Origin: an uncultured Gammaproteobacteria bacterium | Lineage (GTDB): Bacteria > Patescibacteriota > Microgenomatia > Levybacterales > UBA12049 | NCBI GenBank assembly: GCA_964507055.1 | Contig: CAZDOJ010000001.1 | Location: 401,313 to 465,312, forward strand | Reading direction: 5' to 3' | DNA length: 64,000 bases | Shown: one piece after another, positions 9,104-17,959 of the stretch | Position numbering within the stretch: the stretch's first letter is position 1 | Layout of the letters: each line of letters opens with the position of its first letter | Made by a program: the position numbers and the translations under genes | Notes under the pieces: generated by a model | What the model saw: the letters and a program-made list of their open reading frames with translations, nothing else | Told to the model about the DNA's origin: nothing | Database searches by the model: none

Positions 9104-9520
9104 CTACTTATGAAATCTTCTATATATTATCATAATCGCTGTAATAAGCGCAAAGGTCAACATTGACAATAAAGGAATTGTGATAAAGCCAAACCATTCA
9201 ATCTGCTTAGTCGTACAAGAGATGCCCTGTGTGCATGGAGCAACACTTTCTGGCAATATACTGTAGTACAAAAGATTATGATAAATAGAGATTCCCAATC
9301 CTACAATGCTTAAAGGTAAGACATAATCAGCAATAGCTTTATCTTTACGAAGAATTGAAACTGCACTTATCGCGATCAACGAATACATACAAATTCTCTG
9401 ATACCAGCAGAGTACGCAAGGAATAAGTTTCATAATCTCACTAAAATAAAGACTAATTAATGTCGCGGCAAGTGCAATGAGGAATGTTGCATATGGTATG
9501 TATTTGACGTACTTCTTCAT
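9104..9520 (-). CDS. disulfide bond formation protein B (DsbB/BdbC family)
   Basis: 4-TM membrane protein with the Cys pairs PCVLCWYQRICMY and CTQGISC, lying in an operon with the DsbA-like gene. Confidence 0.75.
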   Translation of the reverse strand: MKKYVKYIPYATFLIALAATLISLYFSEIMKLIPCVLCWYQRICMYSLIAISAVSILRKDKAIADYVLPLSIVGLGISIYHNLLYYSILPESVAPCTQGISCTTKQIEWFGFITIPLLSMLTFALITAIMIIYRRFHK

Positions 9521-9539
9521 CAGATTAATTATAGCAAAG

Positions 9540-9761
9540 TTATTTTACTTTTGTGAGCAATTTATAGACATTGTACATTCCGCCAAAAAATCCAATGACT
9601 CCCCCACCGATTAAAAGAATATGACCTGTATTAAATACAGTATCAAAAAAGAAGCCAGCACCCATGAGAATAATAACGGGAGTCACAAGAAGAATAGCTG
9701 TACTCATACCGACCAAAGTGAAATATACAATTTTTGATTTCTTTTTTGTTTGCTGTTCCAT
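9540..9761 (-). CDS. small two-TM membrane protein
   Basis: 73-aa ORF with two hydrophobic helices and a Gly-rich second helix (GGGVIGFFGGMY). No assignable family. Confidence 0.4.
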   Translation of the reverse strand: MEQQTKKKSKIVYFTLVGMSTAILLVTPVIILMGAGFFFDTVFNTGHILLIGGGVIGFFGGMYNVYKLLTKVK

Positions 9762-9799
9762 AATTTGATTCTAGTTAATTTAGACTGGGGAAACTAGTA

Positions 9800-11074
9800 T
9801 CAATATAAAATTCTAAATCGAATTGTATGTGGAATTGTTTTAAGTACTTTAAATACTTTTTTTTCATATGCCTTATCAACATCAATAATGACATATCCGT
9901 GACTTTCGTTTGTTTTTAAATATTGAGCTAAGACATTTATTTTATGATCAGCAAGAATCTTATTAATTTGAGCAAGCATTCCAGGGACATTTTTATGAAT
10001 ATGCAATAGTCGATGAGAATTTTTATATTGTGGCAAAGAAAGATTTGGTAGTGTTAATGATTGTGAAGTGCTACCTGAATTGATATATGAAACAATTTTT
10101 TGAGCAATATTCTTTTTTGCAAAAACCGCAATTCCATCTGCATGCAATTGATCGATTTGCATTACAGACTGAGAATATAATCCGACAGCAAGTGTTCGAT
10201 GTATATGCTCAAGCAACGGTAAAGTTTTTTCATCAACACAAATGATTGATGTATTATGAATATTCTCAATGGAATCAGTAATGATGTATCCTTCATTTTC
10301 AAAAACTATCCGATCTTCTTGAGGTATTGTTGCTAACAATAAAACATTAATTCGATTCTTGGGATATGAAAGCGATCTTGGAAGTTTATTTTCAAAAAGA
10401 AATTCATCAAAATTAGGAGCTATCTCATCAGCATGCTTTACAACGAGTGAGCGAGATATATTTTCTGTAAAGGCAATAAATTTTTTCGCGAGACCCAATT
10501 TTTTAAGCTCATAATCAGTGTAACCATCCCCTATTATATAGAGGTCATTTAGTAACTTAAGTGAACGAACAACTTTTACTTTTCCTTGGTTTTTACTCAT
10601 GAGGTTGGTTGCATCAACGCCAATTACATTTCCATTATTGTCGTAGGTAAACGTGTTTGCAAAAACATTTTTGTCAGGAATTTCAAAACTTTCAATCACG
10701 GGGAGAATCAATTCTTTAAAGCCTCCTGAGATAATATAAATATTATTTTTATGTTGTTGAAAGAAGTCTTTATTGCGAAGTATGGACTTAGAAATATTTT
10801 TTTTCAATTGCATAGCAGCTTTATTAATAAAAGCTCTATTACTTTGTAATAGCTCCACCCTCTCCTGCAAACTTTTCTCAAATGGCATTTTTCCATTCAT
10901 TCCTAATTGCGTTAAATGCTTAATTTCTTCAACTATCTTTTCTTTTTGCGAGTGGTTTACAAGTGATATTTCCGCAAGGACATCAAGTCCTTCACTTTGT
11001 ATAAATGTACTATCAAAATCGATAAGATAGCTTACTGGTTTCTTGTTCTGCATTGGCATTATTATACTCTTCAT
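9800..11074 (-). CDS. serB: phosphoserine phosphatase (HAD) fused to a SerA-type C-terminal ACT regulatory domain
   Basis: HAD motif I LIDFDSTFIQSEGLD and motif IV IGDGYTDYE match SerB. The C-terminal ~90 aa (HRLLHIHKNVPGMLAQINKILADHKINVLAQYLKTNESHGYVIIDVD...TIPHTIRFRILY) closely mirrors the ACT domain of D-3-phosphoglycerate dehydrogenase. The start is chosen at the ATG at 11074; the raw ORF runs to 11116. Confidence 0.7.
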   Translation of the reverse strand: MKSIIMPMQNKKPVSYLIDFDSTFIQSEGLDVLAEISLVNHSQKEKIVEEIKHLTQLGMNGKMPFEKSLQERVELLQSNRAFINKAAMQLKKNISKSILRNKDFFQQHKNNIYIISGGFKELILPVIESFEIPDKNVFANTFTYDNNGNVIGVDATNLMSKNQGKVKVVRSLKLLNDLYIIGDGYTDYELKKLGLAKKFIAFTENISRSLVVKHADEIAPNFDEFLFENKLPRSLSYPKNRINVLLLATIPQEDRIVFENEGYIITDSIENIHNTSIICVDEKTLPLLEHIHRTLAVGLYSQSVMQIDQLHADGIAVFAKKNIAQKIVSYINSGSTSQSLTLPNLSLPQYKNSHRLLHIHKNVPGMLAQINKILADHKINVLAQYLKTNESHGYVIIDVDKAYEKKVFKVLKTIPHTIRFRILY

Positions 11075-11156
11075 TACCAACTTTTGTGTGAATAAAACAA
11101 GCTCAAACGTGCCCAAAAATTGACGTGGTTTGTATATCTTTGATGAAGTTTGGTCC

Positions 11157-11185
11157 TTGACAGCACTATTTTCCTTTGATAATAT
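11157..11185 (+). promoter_or_regulatory. sigma70-like promoter TTGACA-17-TAATAT
   Basis: Hexamers lie at 11157-11162 and 11180-11185, upstream of the gene starting at 11219. Confidence 0.4.
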
Positions 11186-11218
11186 CGGTTCAATTGCTGC
11201 CCGCTAATTAACAAAATT

Positions 11219-11869
11219 ATGGCAGATTTTTCATCTCAATCATCTTTTAATCAACCATCATCGTTTTCAAATAACGCATCTCTCAACTCAAAGAAATCTA
11301 AAAAACTTATCAATAATAAATACTTTCCTTTCATTGCTGTAATCGTTGTCGTTGGATTTATCGGAGTATTTGCAATTAACAATGCTATGCAAAGTAGTGC
11401 ATCTGCACCATCAGTCCTTTCAGCGAATAAAAAGGTTGATATTGAAAAGCCTGTTGCACAACAAGTTCTTAATAGAAGTTTCAATTTTCCACTCCGAGAT
11501 GCACAAGGTAAAGAAGTGAGTCAGCTTAAATACGAAATTCAAAATGCTGAACTTCGTGATGAGATAGTTGTAAAAGGACAGAGAGCAACAGCTGTACAAG
11601 GAAGAACTTTTCTTATCCTTAATTTAAAGATTACAAATAACTACGATAAATCAATCCAGTTAAACTCAAAGGATTATATACGATTAATTGTTGGCGGTTC
11701 TCCTGAGCAATTAGCTGCAGATATTCATAATGACCCAGTCGATGTTCAAGCAATTTCTACAAAATATACTCGTCTCGGATTCCCCATCAACGATGACGAA
11801 AAGTCATTAACAATCCAGGTTGGTGAAATAACTGGAAAGAAAGAACAAATAAAGTTAGATCTTAAATAA
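11219..11869 (+). CDS. membrane-anchored DUF4352-like beta-sandwich protein
   Basis: Ser/Asn-rich N-terminus, one TM helix, then a ~120-aa domain (TFLILNLKITNNYDKSIQL...LTIQVGEI) resembling DUF4352. Confidence 0.5.
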   Translation: MADFSSQSSFNQPSSFSNNASLNSKKSKKLINNKYFPFIAVIVVVGFIGVFAINNAMQSSASAPSVLSANKKVDIEKPVAQQVLNRSFNFPLRDAQGKEVSQLKYEIQNAELRDEIVVKGQRATAVQGRTFLILNLKITNNYDKSIQLNSKDYIRLIVGGSPEQLAADIHNDPVDVQAISTKYTRLGFPINDDEKSLTIQVGEITGKKEQIKLDLK

Positions 11870-11934
11870 GTACTAGTGATTAGATATTAGTTTTTTAGGA
11901 AATTAAAAACTGACCACTAAAACTAACACTAAAT

Positions 11935-12117
11935 ATGCGAGACTATTCATCCAAACAAGTAAGTCCAAAACTCCTCGAAGAAATTGTTGATGCGTTAAAA
12001 AATATCCGCGGTTGGGGCAGTGTTGAAATTTTTGTCCAAGATCATAAAGTTGTACAAATCGTCGAACGAAATATTAAGAAGACAAATAACTTAGTGCAAA
12101 ATTCTGTTAAACAATAA
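11935..12117 (+). CDS. YezD/DUF2292-like small protein
   Basis: 60-aa ORF; the motif GWGSVEIFVQDHKVVQIVERNIKK resembles the YezD family signature (GxVxIxVxDGKVVQIE). Confidence 0.45.
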   Translation: MRDYSSKQVSPKLLEEIVDALKNIRGWGSVEIFVQDHKVVQIVERNIKKTNNLVQNSVKQ

Positions 12118-12130
12118 ATCTCTTCCATAT

Positions 12131-12158
12131 TGAACTTAATTTGAGTTCAATTTTCTGC
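12131..12158 (+). terminator. terminator-like hairpin TTGAACT-N7-AGTTCAA followed by TTTTCTG
   Basis: 7-bp perfect inverted repeat 14 nt after the stop at 12117, followed by a T-rich tract. Confidence 0.45.
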
Positions 12159-12209
12159 GTTCACAAATTCTACTCTATTTATATAAATTAGCCTCAAAAT
12201 TTTAGGGTA

Positions 12210-12239
12210 TTGACAAGGTAAAGATACGTAAGATATAGT
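12210..12239 (+). promoter_or_regulatory. sigma70-like promoter (TTGACA-18-TATAGT) inside the long leader
   Basis: TTGACA at 12210-12215 and TATAGT at 12234-12239; the TTAGCCTCAAA 11-mer lies 12 nt upstream of the -35 hexamer. Confidence 0.45.
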
Positions 12240-12618
12240 TAGATCTGTTACAAGGTTATACGGGTTACGTAAAGATTAATCAGACGCTGACCGCACACGG
12301 AGGCATCTATTCGTTATTAGGCTAAATACCTAATAAGGAACAGGTGTCTTTTTTTGTACGAATTTTTAGTAAATCTGATTAATTAATAAAGTTAAACTTT
12401 TAGGGTTTGTTACAAAATATCATGAAAAGAAACTATTCTTTAGCAAATTTTGCTGTACGATCAAATGAATCAAACCGTTTGGAAATAACGGAGATGTTTG
12501 CGTCTAAATAATTAGATGTGAGCATTTCCGTTTTTTTGGTCTTAGGGCTCAATCAGGCGGGATGAAGTGTTCCGATACAATCGGAGAACATTTATCAGGA
12601 AAGGAGGTGACAATATAT

Positions 12619-13866
12619 ATGACATACACAAAACGTATTACAACAGCTATCGCAACGGGCGCAGTCTTAGTCAATGCTTTAGCACCTGTCGCGTTCGCGC
12701 AGGAAGTAACTGTTAGTGGAAACGGTGCATTCTCAGATAGTGCAGTTAATGTTTCTAACAACAGTAGTACATCAGTTAACCAGACAAATAATGCTAATGT
12801 CGTGAACAAAGTTTCATCAAACGCAAACTCAGGTGGTAACTCTTCAAAGTTCAACACAGGAGGTTCAACAAACATTACAACTGGTAAAGCCGTAACAGAT
12901 ACAACAGTAAGTAATTCACTTAACTTGAACAGTGCAAGTGTAGCTAACTGTGGTACATGTACCGGTGGAGCTGATGTTACAGTCCAAGGTAACGGAGCCT
13001 ATTCTGACAATGGTGTCAGTCTTAACAATAATAAATCCGTAAGTTTGAACCAAAATAATAATGCTAATGTCAAAAATTTCATTGAAACTAATGCAAATTC
13101 AGGAAAGAACGATTCAAAGTTCAACACTGGTGGCAATAACTCTATTAATACAGGATTAGCAGGATCAGTCGTTAATGTTACAACAAATGCAAACGCAAAT
13201 GTTGCCACAATCGGCGGCGGTAATGGTAGTCTTGGTGGTTCAAGTGTTGTCATCGGTGGCCCTAGTGCAACTGATGGTAACGGAGCATTCAGTGATAATG
13301 GTGTAGCTTTGAATGGAAATTCAGCAGTTGTTCTTTCACAAGACAACTCAGCATACATCAAAAATATCGTTGATGCTAACTCCAACTCAGGTAAAAACGA
13401 CTCAAAGTTTAATACTGCTGGCGACAATAGTATTACAGCTGGACAAGCAATAACAGAAGTATCAGTAGATAATGCTGCAAACTTCAACTTTGCTTCAGTC
13501 GATTGTGACTGTGTTCTTGGAGATGATCTAGCGGTAACAATCGAAGGTAATGGTGCTAAATCTCTTAACGAGGTTGGTGCTTCATTAAACCACGCATTGG
13601 TAAACGCACAAGATAATAACGCTCATCTTTGGAATGAGGTTGATGGAAATGCTAAATCTGGTCACAACGACTCAGCATTTGGTACAGGTGGAGATAACGA
13701 TGTTACTGCAGGAGATTCATACTCAACTACAGCCGTTAACAACGCTGGTAACGCTAACTTCTTTAACAATGGTGATAGTATCGATCTTCCAGGAAATTGG
13801 GAAATGGACGTAGATTTTGATTTTTCTGATCTATGGTTAAGTCTCAACCACTGGTTAGTAGCGTAA
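12619..13866 (+). CDS. secreted Asn/Gly/Thr-rich repeat protein (four ~58-aa repeats)
   Basis: Strong RBS AAGGAGGTGA 8 nt upstream of the ATG at 12619, and a signal peptide MTYTKRITTAIATGAVLVNALAPVAFA. The unit (V/Q)TVxGNGA(F/Y)SDNGVxLNxNxSVxLNQxNNANVxNxxxxNANSGKNDSKFNTGGxNxIxTG occurs four times. The raw ORF starts at 12562. Confidence 0.8.
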   Translation: MTYTKRITTAIATGAVLVNALAPVAFAQEVTVSGNGAFSDSAVNVSNNSSTSVNQTNNANVVNKVSSNANSGGNSSKFNTGGSTNITTGKAVTDTTVSNSLNLNSASVANCGTCTGGADVTVQGNGAYSDNGVSLNNNKSVSLNQNNNANVKNFIETNANSGKNDSKFNTGGNNSINTGLAGSVVNVTTNANANVATIGGGNGSLGGSSVVIGGPSATDGNGAFSDNGVALNGNSAVVLSQDNSAYIKNIVDANSNSGKNDSKFNTAGDNSITAGQAITEVSVDNAANFNFASVDCDCVLGDDLAVTIEGNGAKSLNEVGASLNHALVNAQDNNAHLWNEVDGNAKSGHNDSAFGTGGDNDVTAGDSYSTTAVNNAGNANFFNNGDSIDLPGNWEMDVDFDFSDLWLSLNHWLVA

Positions 13867-13880
13867 CTTTGATTGGTAGT

Positions 13881-13910
13881 GGTGTCTTACTGGCACTTCG
13901 GTAAGACACC
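13881..13910 (+). other. perfect 10-bp inverted repeat (GGTGTCTTAC-N10-GTAAGACACC) between the two repeat-protein genes
   Basis: Visible in the sequence; no T-tract follows, so it may be an attenuator or RNA-processing hairpin rather than a simple terminator. Confidence 0.5.
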
Positions 13911-13950
13911 CTACCACAGAGTTTATAAATAGAAATTTTAAAAACAAAAT

Positions 13951-16203
13951 ATGAAACAAATACTTAAAAAAACATTCGCGATGATCATGGTTATTACAGT
14001 TATGTTCGTTCAGACAACACCAGTTATCGTTCGAGCAGAAGATGCCGTTGCTACACCCACAGTACAAGCAGAACCAACACAACAGCCTTCACCTACACAA
14101 CAGGTACAACCTTCAAATACACCACAAGTAACAGTATCTCCTAGTGCTGGACCAACTCCGACAGCAAAACCACTTACTGCTGAAGAACAAAAAGCAAAAG
14201 AACGAGAAGCTCGTGAAGCACAGAAAAAAGTAGCGGAAGAAGCTTGGGTGGCGAATTATAATGCGAACAAAAATAAAACTTCAGGTTCTGGAGCTGGAAC
14301 AACTTCAAATGGGAATAGTGGAAGTACTGCAATCAATACAGGAGACGCAAATAATACGAGCGCCGTTGTCACCAATGGAAACGCAAATGCCCTAGCATCA
14401 GGAAATGGTGCGGTTGTAGGATCCAACCCAACAGGTGCAACAATTGCAAACACAGGAAATGGTGCAGGATCACTTAATAATGGTTCATCTGCGGCAGTTG
14501 CAAACAATAATACCAACCAAAATAACAGTGCATCTGTAGTCAATGATTTAGATCAGTCTGCGACTACAGGTAATAATGAATCATCATTTAATAATGGAGA
14601 TACTAAAATAAAGACAGGAAATGCCAATGTCTCAGGAACAGCAATTACTGCAGTTAATACAAATGTCGATGGAGTCATGGTTTCTGAATTTAATATCGCG
14701 GACGATCATAAAGGTGATATTGTTCTAACGCAAGAAGCATTTGCACAAAATTGTACAATGGGATGCGGTGGATATCCATCAAGTGTTTCGAATTCAGGAA
14801 ATGGTGTAGATTCCAGTAATACAGCTACATCTTCATCACAAGCAAATACTACTACCAATCAAACAAATAACGCCAATGTCGGCAACAATATGGTTTTGTC
14901 TGCAAATACTGGGAACAATGCAGCGAACATGAATACTGGTGGCGACTCAGCTATTGAAACAGGCGATGCAAATATTAATGCAAATTCATTAACATTTGCT
15001 AATAATAATATCAGTGGTAATGTTACTTTTGGAGTCGTTAATATCTATGGAAATCTTGAAGGCGACATCATACTTCCTGAATTCTCAAACGGACCCGTCA
15101 GTGGCGGAAATACCGTGAACTCAAATAATGGAGCAGGCTCAAACAATGCAATTCTCTCAGATAGTAGTACAAACGGAAATACTTTCCAAGGAAACAATGT
15201 CACCATCAATAATGAACTTATACTCAATGGCACAACCGGCGATAACGATGCAAGTTATAATGCAGGCGGTAATTCGAATATAACAACAGGAAATACAAAT
15301 GTAGATGCAAATGTGCTCAATATCGCAAACAATAACCTAAGTGGTGGTAATTATTGGCTCGTATTTGTGAACAATGCAGGCAATTGGATAGGAAAATTGA
15401 TCGGTGCACCTGATGGAAGTACTGTCGCTGCATCAACTGGATTAGAATTTACGTATGGTCCAGATGGTCAGATAACTACAACAAATAATGGAGCTGTAAA
15501 TACAGATAATGGTGCAGGTTCAACAAATAATACAAATAGTTCTTCTCAGTCAAATAACAATACCAATCAAACAAATAATGGTGTTATTAATAATACAATG
15601 AACTTAAGTGCAAACACGGGTGGAAATAGTACAAGTTATAATACTGGCGGAAATAACAACATTGTTACAGGTGACGCAAATATCATCGCGAACATGGTAA
15701 ACTTCGTTAATAACAATATTGTAGGCAATGGTCACTTAAATGTTGTCTTTGTTAACTTATTCCAAGGTGCAACTTGGACTGGAGATTTCGTACTCCCAGG
15801 ACAACAGCCAAGAGCAAAGACGACACCAACACCAGTACCTAATCAAGGATCTATCGCAGTAAATAAAGAAACACAGTCGAATCAAAGTAATTCAGTTTCA
15901 AATCAACAAACTACAGATCAAACAAACGTAACTGTAGATCCTGTAACTGGTTCGACAGCAATCACAAAAAAATCAACATTTTCAGGCTCTAAAGCTTCAA
16001 GTAAGAGTATAGAAAATAAATCAGAAACAAAAGTAGCAGGGGCACAAATTACAAATGAAAACTTACTTGCAAAAGCATTACAAGGTGATGATGAGAGTAA
16101 AAAGAAATTATCACTTAACTTAGCATGGTTTGTTATTGCTCTACCTATCCTTGGATTCATGCTCTTTGGCAAAAAACTAATTGCCAGAAGGTTTATAAAA
16201 TAG
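13951..16203 (+). CDS. large surface protein: signal peptide, PT/Q-rich linker, Asn/Thr/Gly-rich beta-repeat body, C-terminal TM anchor with basic tail
   Basis: Signal peptide MKQILKKTFAMIMVITVMFVQTTPVIVRA, then repeats such as NTGGDSAIETGDANINANSLTFANNNISGNVTFGVVNIYGNLEGDIILPEF and a second similar copy. The C-terminus is LAWFVIALPILGFMLFGKKLIARRFIK. Confidence 0.8.
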   Translation: MKQILKKTFAMIMVITVMFVQTTPVIVRAEDAVATPTVQAEPTQQPSPTQQVQPSNTPQVTVSPSAGPTPTAKPLTAEEQKAKEREAREAQKKVAEEAWVANYNANKNKTSGSGAGTTSNGNSGSTAINTGDANNTSAVVTNGNANALASGNGAVVGSNPTGATIANTGNGAGSLNNGSSAAVANNNTNQNNSASVVNDLDQSATTGNNESSFNNGDTKIKTGNANVSGTAITAVNTNVDGVMVSEFNIADDHKGDIVLTQEAFAQNCTMGCGGYPSSVSNSGNGVDSSNTATSSSQANTTTNQTNNANVGNNMVLSANTGNNAANMNTGGDSAIETGDANINANSLTFANNNISGNVTFGVVNIYGNLEGDIILPEFSNGPVSGGNTVNSNNGAGSNNAILSDSSTNGNTFQGNNVTINNELILNGTTGDNDASYNAGGNSNITTGNTNVDANVLNIANNNLSGGNYWLVFVNNAGNWIGKLIGAPDGSTVAASTGLEFTYGPDGQITTTNNGAVNTDNGAGSTNNTNSSSQSNNNTNQTNNGVINNTMNLSANTGGNSTSYNTGGNNNIVTGDANIIANMVNFVNNNIVGNGHLNVVFVNLFQGATWTGDFVLPGQQPRAKTTPTPVPNQGSIAVNKETQSNQSNSVSNQQTTDQTNVTVDPVTGSTAITKKSTFSGSKASSKSIENKSETKVAGAQITNENLLAKALQGDDESKKKLSLNLAWFVIALPILGFMLFGKKLIARRFIK

Positions 16204-16281
16204 CATTACTGCCTCTGTAAGCTTCTGCCGATTTTGTACTTACTGAAATATAATTTAATTAGTTATAAAACATATACATAC

Positions 16282-16920
16282 ATGAATAATAAAAATACTA
16301 CATTATCTATCCTTAGCTTTTCAGTTCTATCATTAATGAGTTTTCTTTTTGCTCCTTCTGCTCATGCACAAGAAAGTAAAACAACTGTTTCGATAGTTGA
16401 AAATAGTACAAACATCCAAATATCAACTGCACCCGTTATTGATAACTCGACACAGTCAATTGAAATAGCTCCAGATGAAAATAGAAATCAATTTGAAAAT
16501 ATAAATGATTCAAGCATTGTCGAAACCACTGATGCAAAGAGTGAACAGAATAATTACATGGATGAAGGTTTTACTAATAGTGCAGCCTCTCCTATTCATA
16601 ACTTAGAATTTACAAATGCTCCTGTTTATTATTCATCTGATTGTGGATGTCAGCAAGAAGATACACCAGCAAAGCCATATGACGCTGCACCCATCGCTAC
16701 CCCATCCTCACCACTACTAACTGGGGGTCCAACTTTTGCACCTGTCATTGCTGATGTTATAGCTGGGGCAATTCTTCCAACGAATGGAATAAGCTTATTA
16801 GTTTTGGCTTTATTTGGAAACATAATGATGTTATTACTTCGCTCGTACTTAAGACTGCGATCCGGACGTTCTCCGGGAATCACTTACCCCCTTGTAACAA
16901 ACCCTCACTTTTCCTATTAA
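16282..16920 (+). CDS. secreted protein with a C-terminal sorting-signal-like tail
   Basis: Signal peptide MNNKNTTLSILSFSVLSLMSFLFAPSAHA. The C-terminus is ILPTNG + hydrophobic helix + RSYLRLRSGRS, i.e. LPxTG-like tripartite architecture with N at the G-1 position. The raw ORF starts at 16234. Confidence 0.55.
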   Translation: MNNKNTTLSILSFSVLSLMSFLFAPSAHAQESKTTVSIVENSTNIQISTAPVIDNSTQSIEIAPDENRNQFENINDSSIVETTDAKSEQNNYMDEGFTNSAASPIHNLEFTNAPVYYSSDCGCQQEDTPAKPYDAAPIATPSSPLLTGGPTFAPVIADVIAGAILPTNGISLLVLALFGNIMMLLLRSYLRLRSGRSPGITYPLVTNPHFSY

Positions 16921-16960
16921 CCTTTACTCCATATTAAAAAACATTGTATAATCAATCCTT

Positions 16961-17959
16961 ATGAGAACACCTGAACAAAGAAATTTTGCGGATGTTCGAA
17001 AACTACTGACAGATCCTTCAATTACAATAATTTTCAATGAAAAAGCTGGAATATATAAAAAGAATCCTATTCGTGCATTAAAATTTAGACATGAAATGCA
17101 TTCATTGGAAGCTTTAGGTAACCCTGAATTATTTGATCTCCATATGGAACTTAGGCCAACAAGAAATGCAACACATGCTGTGGATGAAGTTGGACGAGCT
17201 ATTGCAAAAGGACGCGGTGCTATAGCAGTTGTAGGTGGTGACGGCACAGTATCGCCAATTGCTCATCGTCTTGCTATGGAAGGAAATAGTCCCAAACCTG
17301 ATCTTATTGCACTCGGTGGAGGAACGCAAAATATTTTTCAACACGAACTTACTACAAAAAAGGATCCTTTTAAAGCAGCACTTGATCTTTTACAAAATGG
17401 TGAACAAATTTCAATGGATGTAGGCGTCATTGAAAATAACTCTCAAGAGTATCCTTTTGTGGCAAATGCTGGTTTAGGCATAGATGCACGTGTATTAGAT
17501 CGTTGGATAAAGGCTGGAAAGCATAATAGATTACAAGTCTTTCCGATCTTTTGGAATGAACGAAACAAATTTGATCCCTATAATCTCCAGGTTATTGATG
17601 CACAACAAGGTATAGATAAAACTTATGACAATATTATTGCAATGCCAATTATTAATTCTGGCAAATATGGAGGATTCTTTAAAGTAACCGATAGCGATAT
17701 GACAGATGGAGTACTTGAAGCAGTTGCATTACCGTCACACTTGAAAAATACTAAAGATTTTATACATATGCTTCCGAAAGTTTTATTTTCTGGAAAGCCA
17801 GTTAATGATGCTCATTATAATGAAATCACAAGAGCCGTGATAAGAGAGACACGAGGAGAAGAACTTATATTTCAGCATGACGGAGAACCAAAGAGTGCCG
17901 ATTCGTCAGAAGTGGTTGTTACAACATATCCGCAAGCAGTAACTGTTTGGGCGGCTTAA
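16961..17959 (+). CDS. diacylglycerol-kinase-catalytic-domain lipid kinase (YegS/BmrU/LCB5 family)
   Basis: The GGDGT motif (AVVGGDGTVSPIA) and the ~330-aa length are typical of the DAGK_cat family. Confidence 0.7.
   Translation: MRTPEQRNFADVRKLLTDPSITIIFNEKAGIYKKNPIRALKFRHEMHSLEALGNPELFDLHMELRPTRNATHAVDEVGRAIAKGRGAIAVVGGDGTVSPIAHRLAMEGNSPKPDLIALGGGTQNIFQHELTTKKDPFKAALDLLQNGEQISMDVGVIENNSQEYPFVANAGLGIDARVLDRWIKAGKHNRLQVFPIFWNERNKFDPYNLQVIDAQQGIDKTYDNIIAMPIINSGKYGGFFKVTDSDMTDGVLEAVALPSHLKNTKDFIHMLPKVLFSGKPVNDAHYNEITRAVIRETRGEELIFQHDGEPKSADSSEVVVTTYPQAVTVWAA

Noticed and set aside
12549-15233. Minus-strand ORFs inside the repeat-protein genes (12549-12875, 12999-13487, 14256-14543, 15045-15233).
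   Set aside because: They are shadows of the Asn/Gly-rich repeat coding sequence, their products are low-complexity, and they have no RBS.
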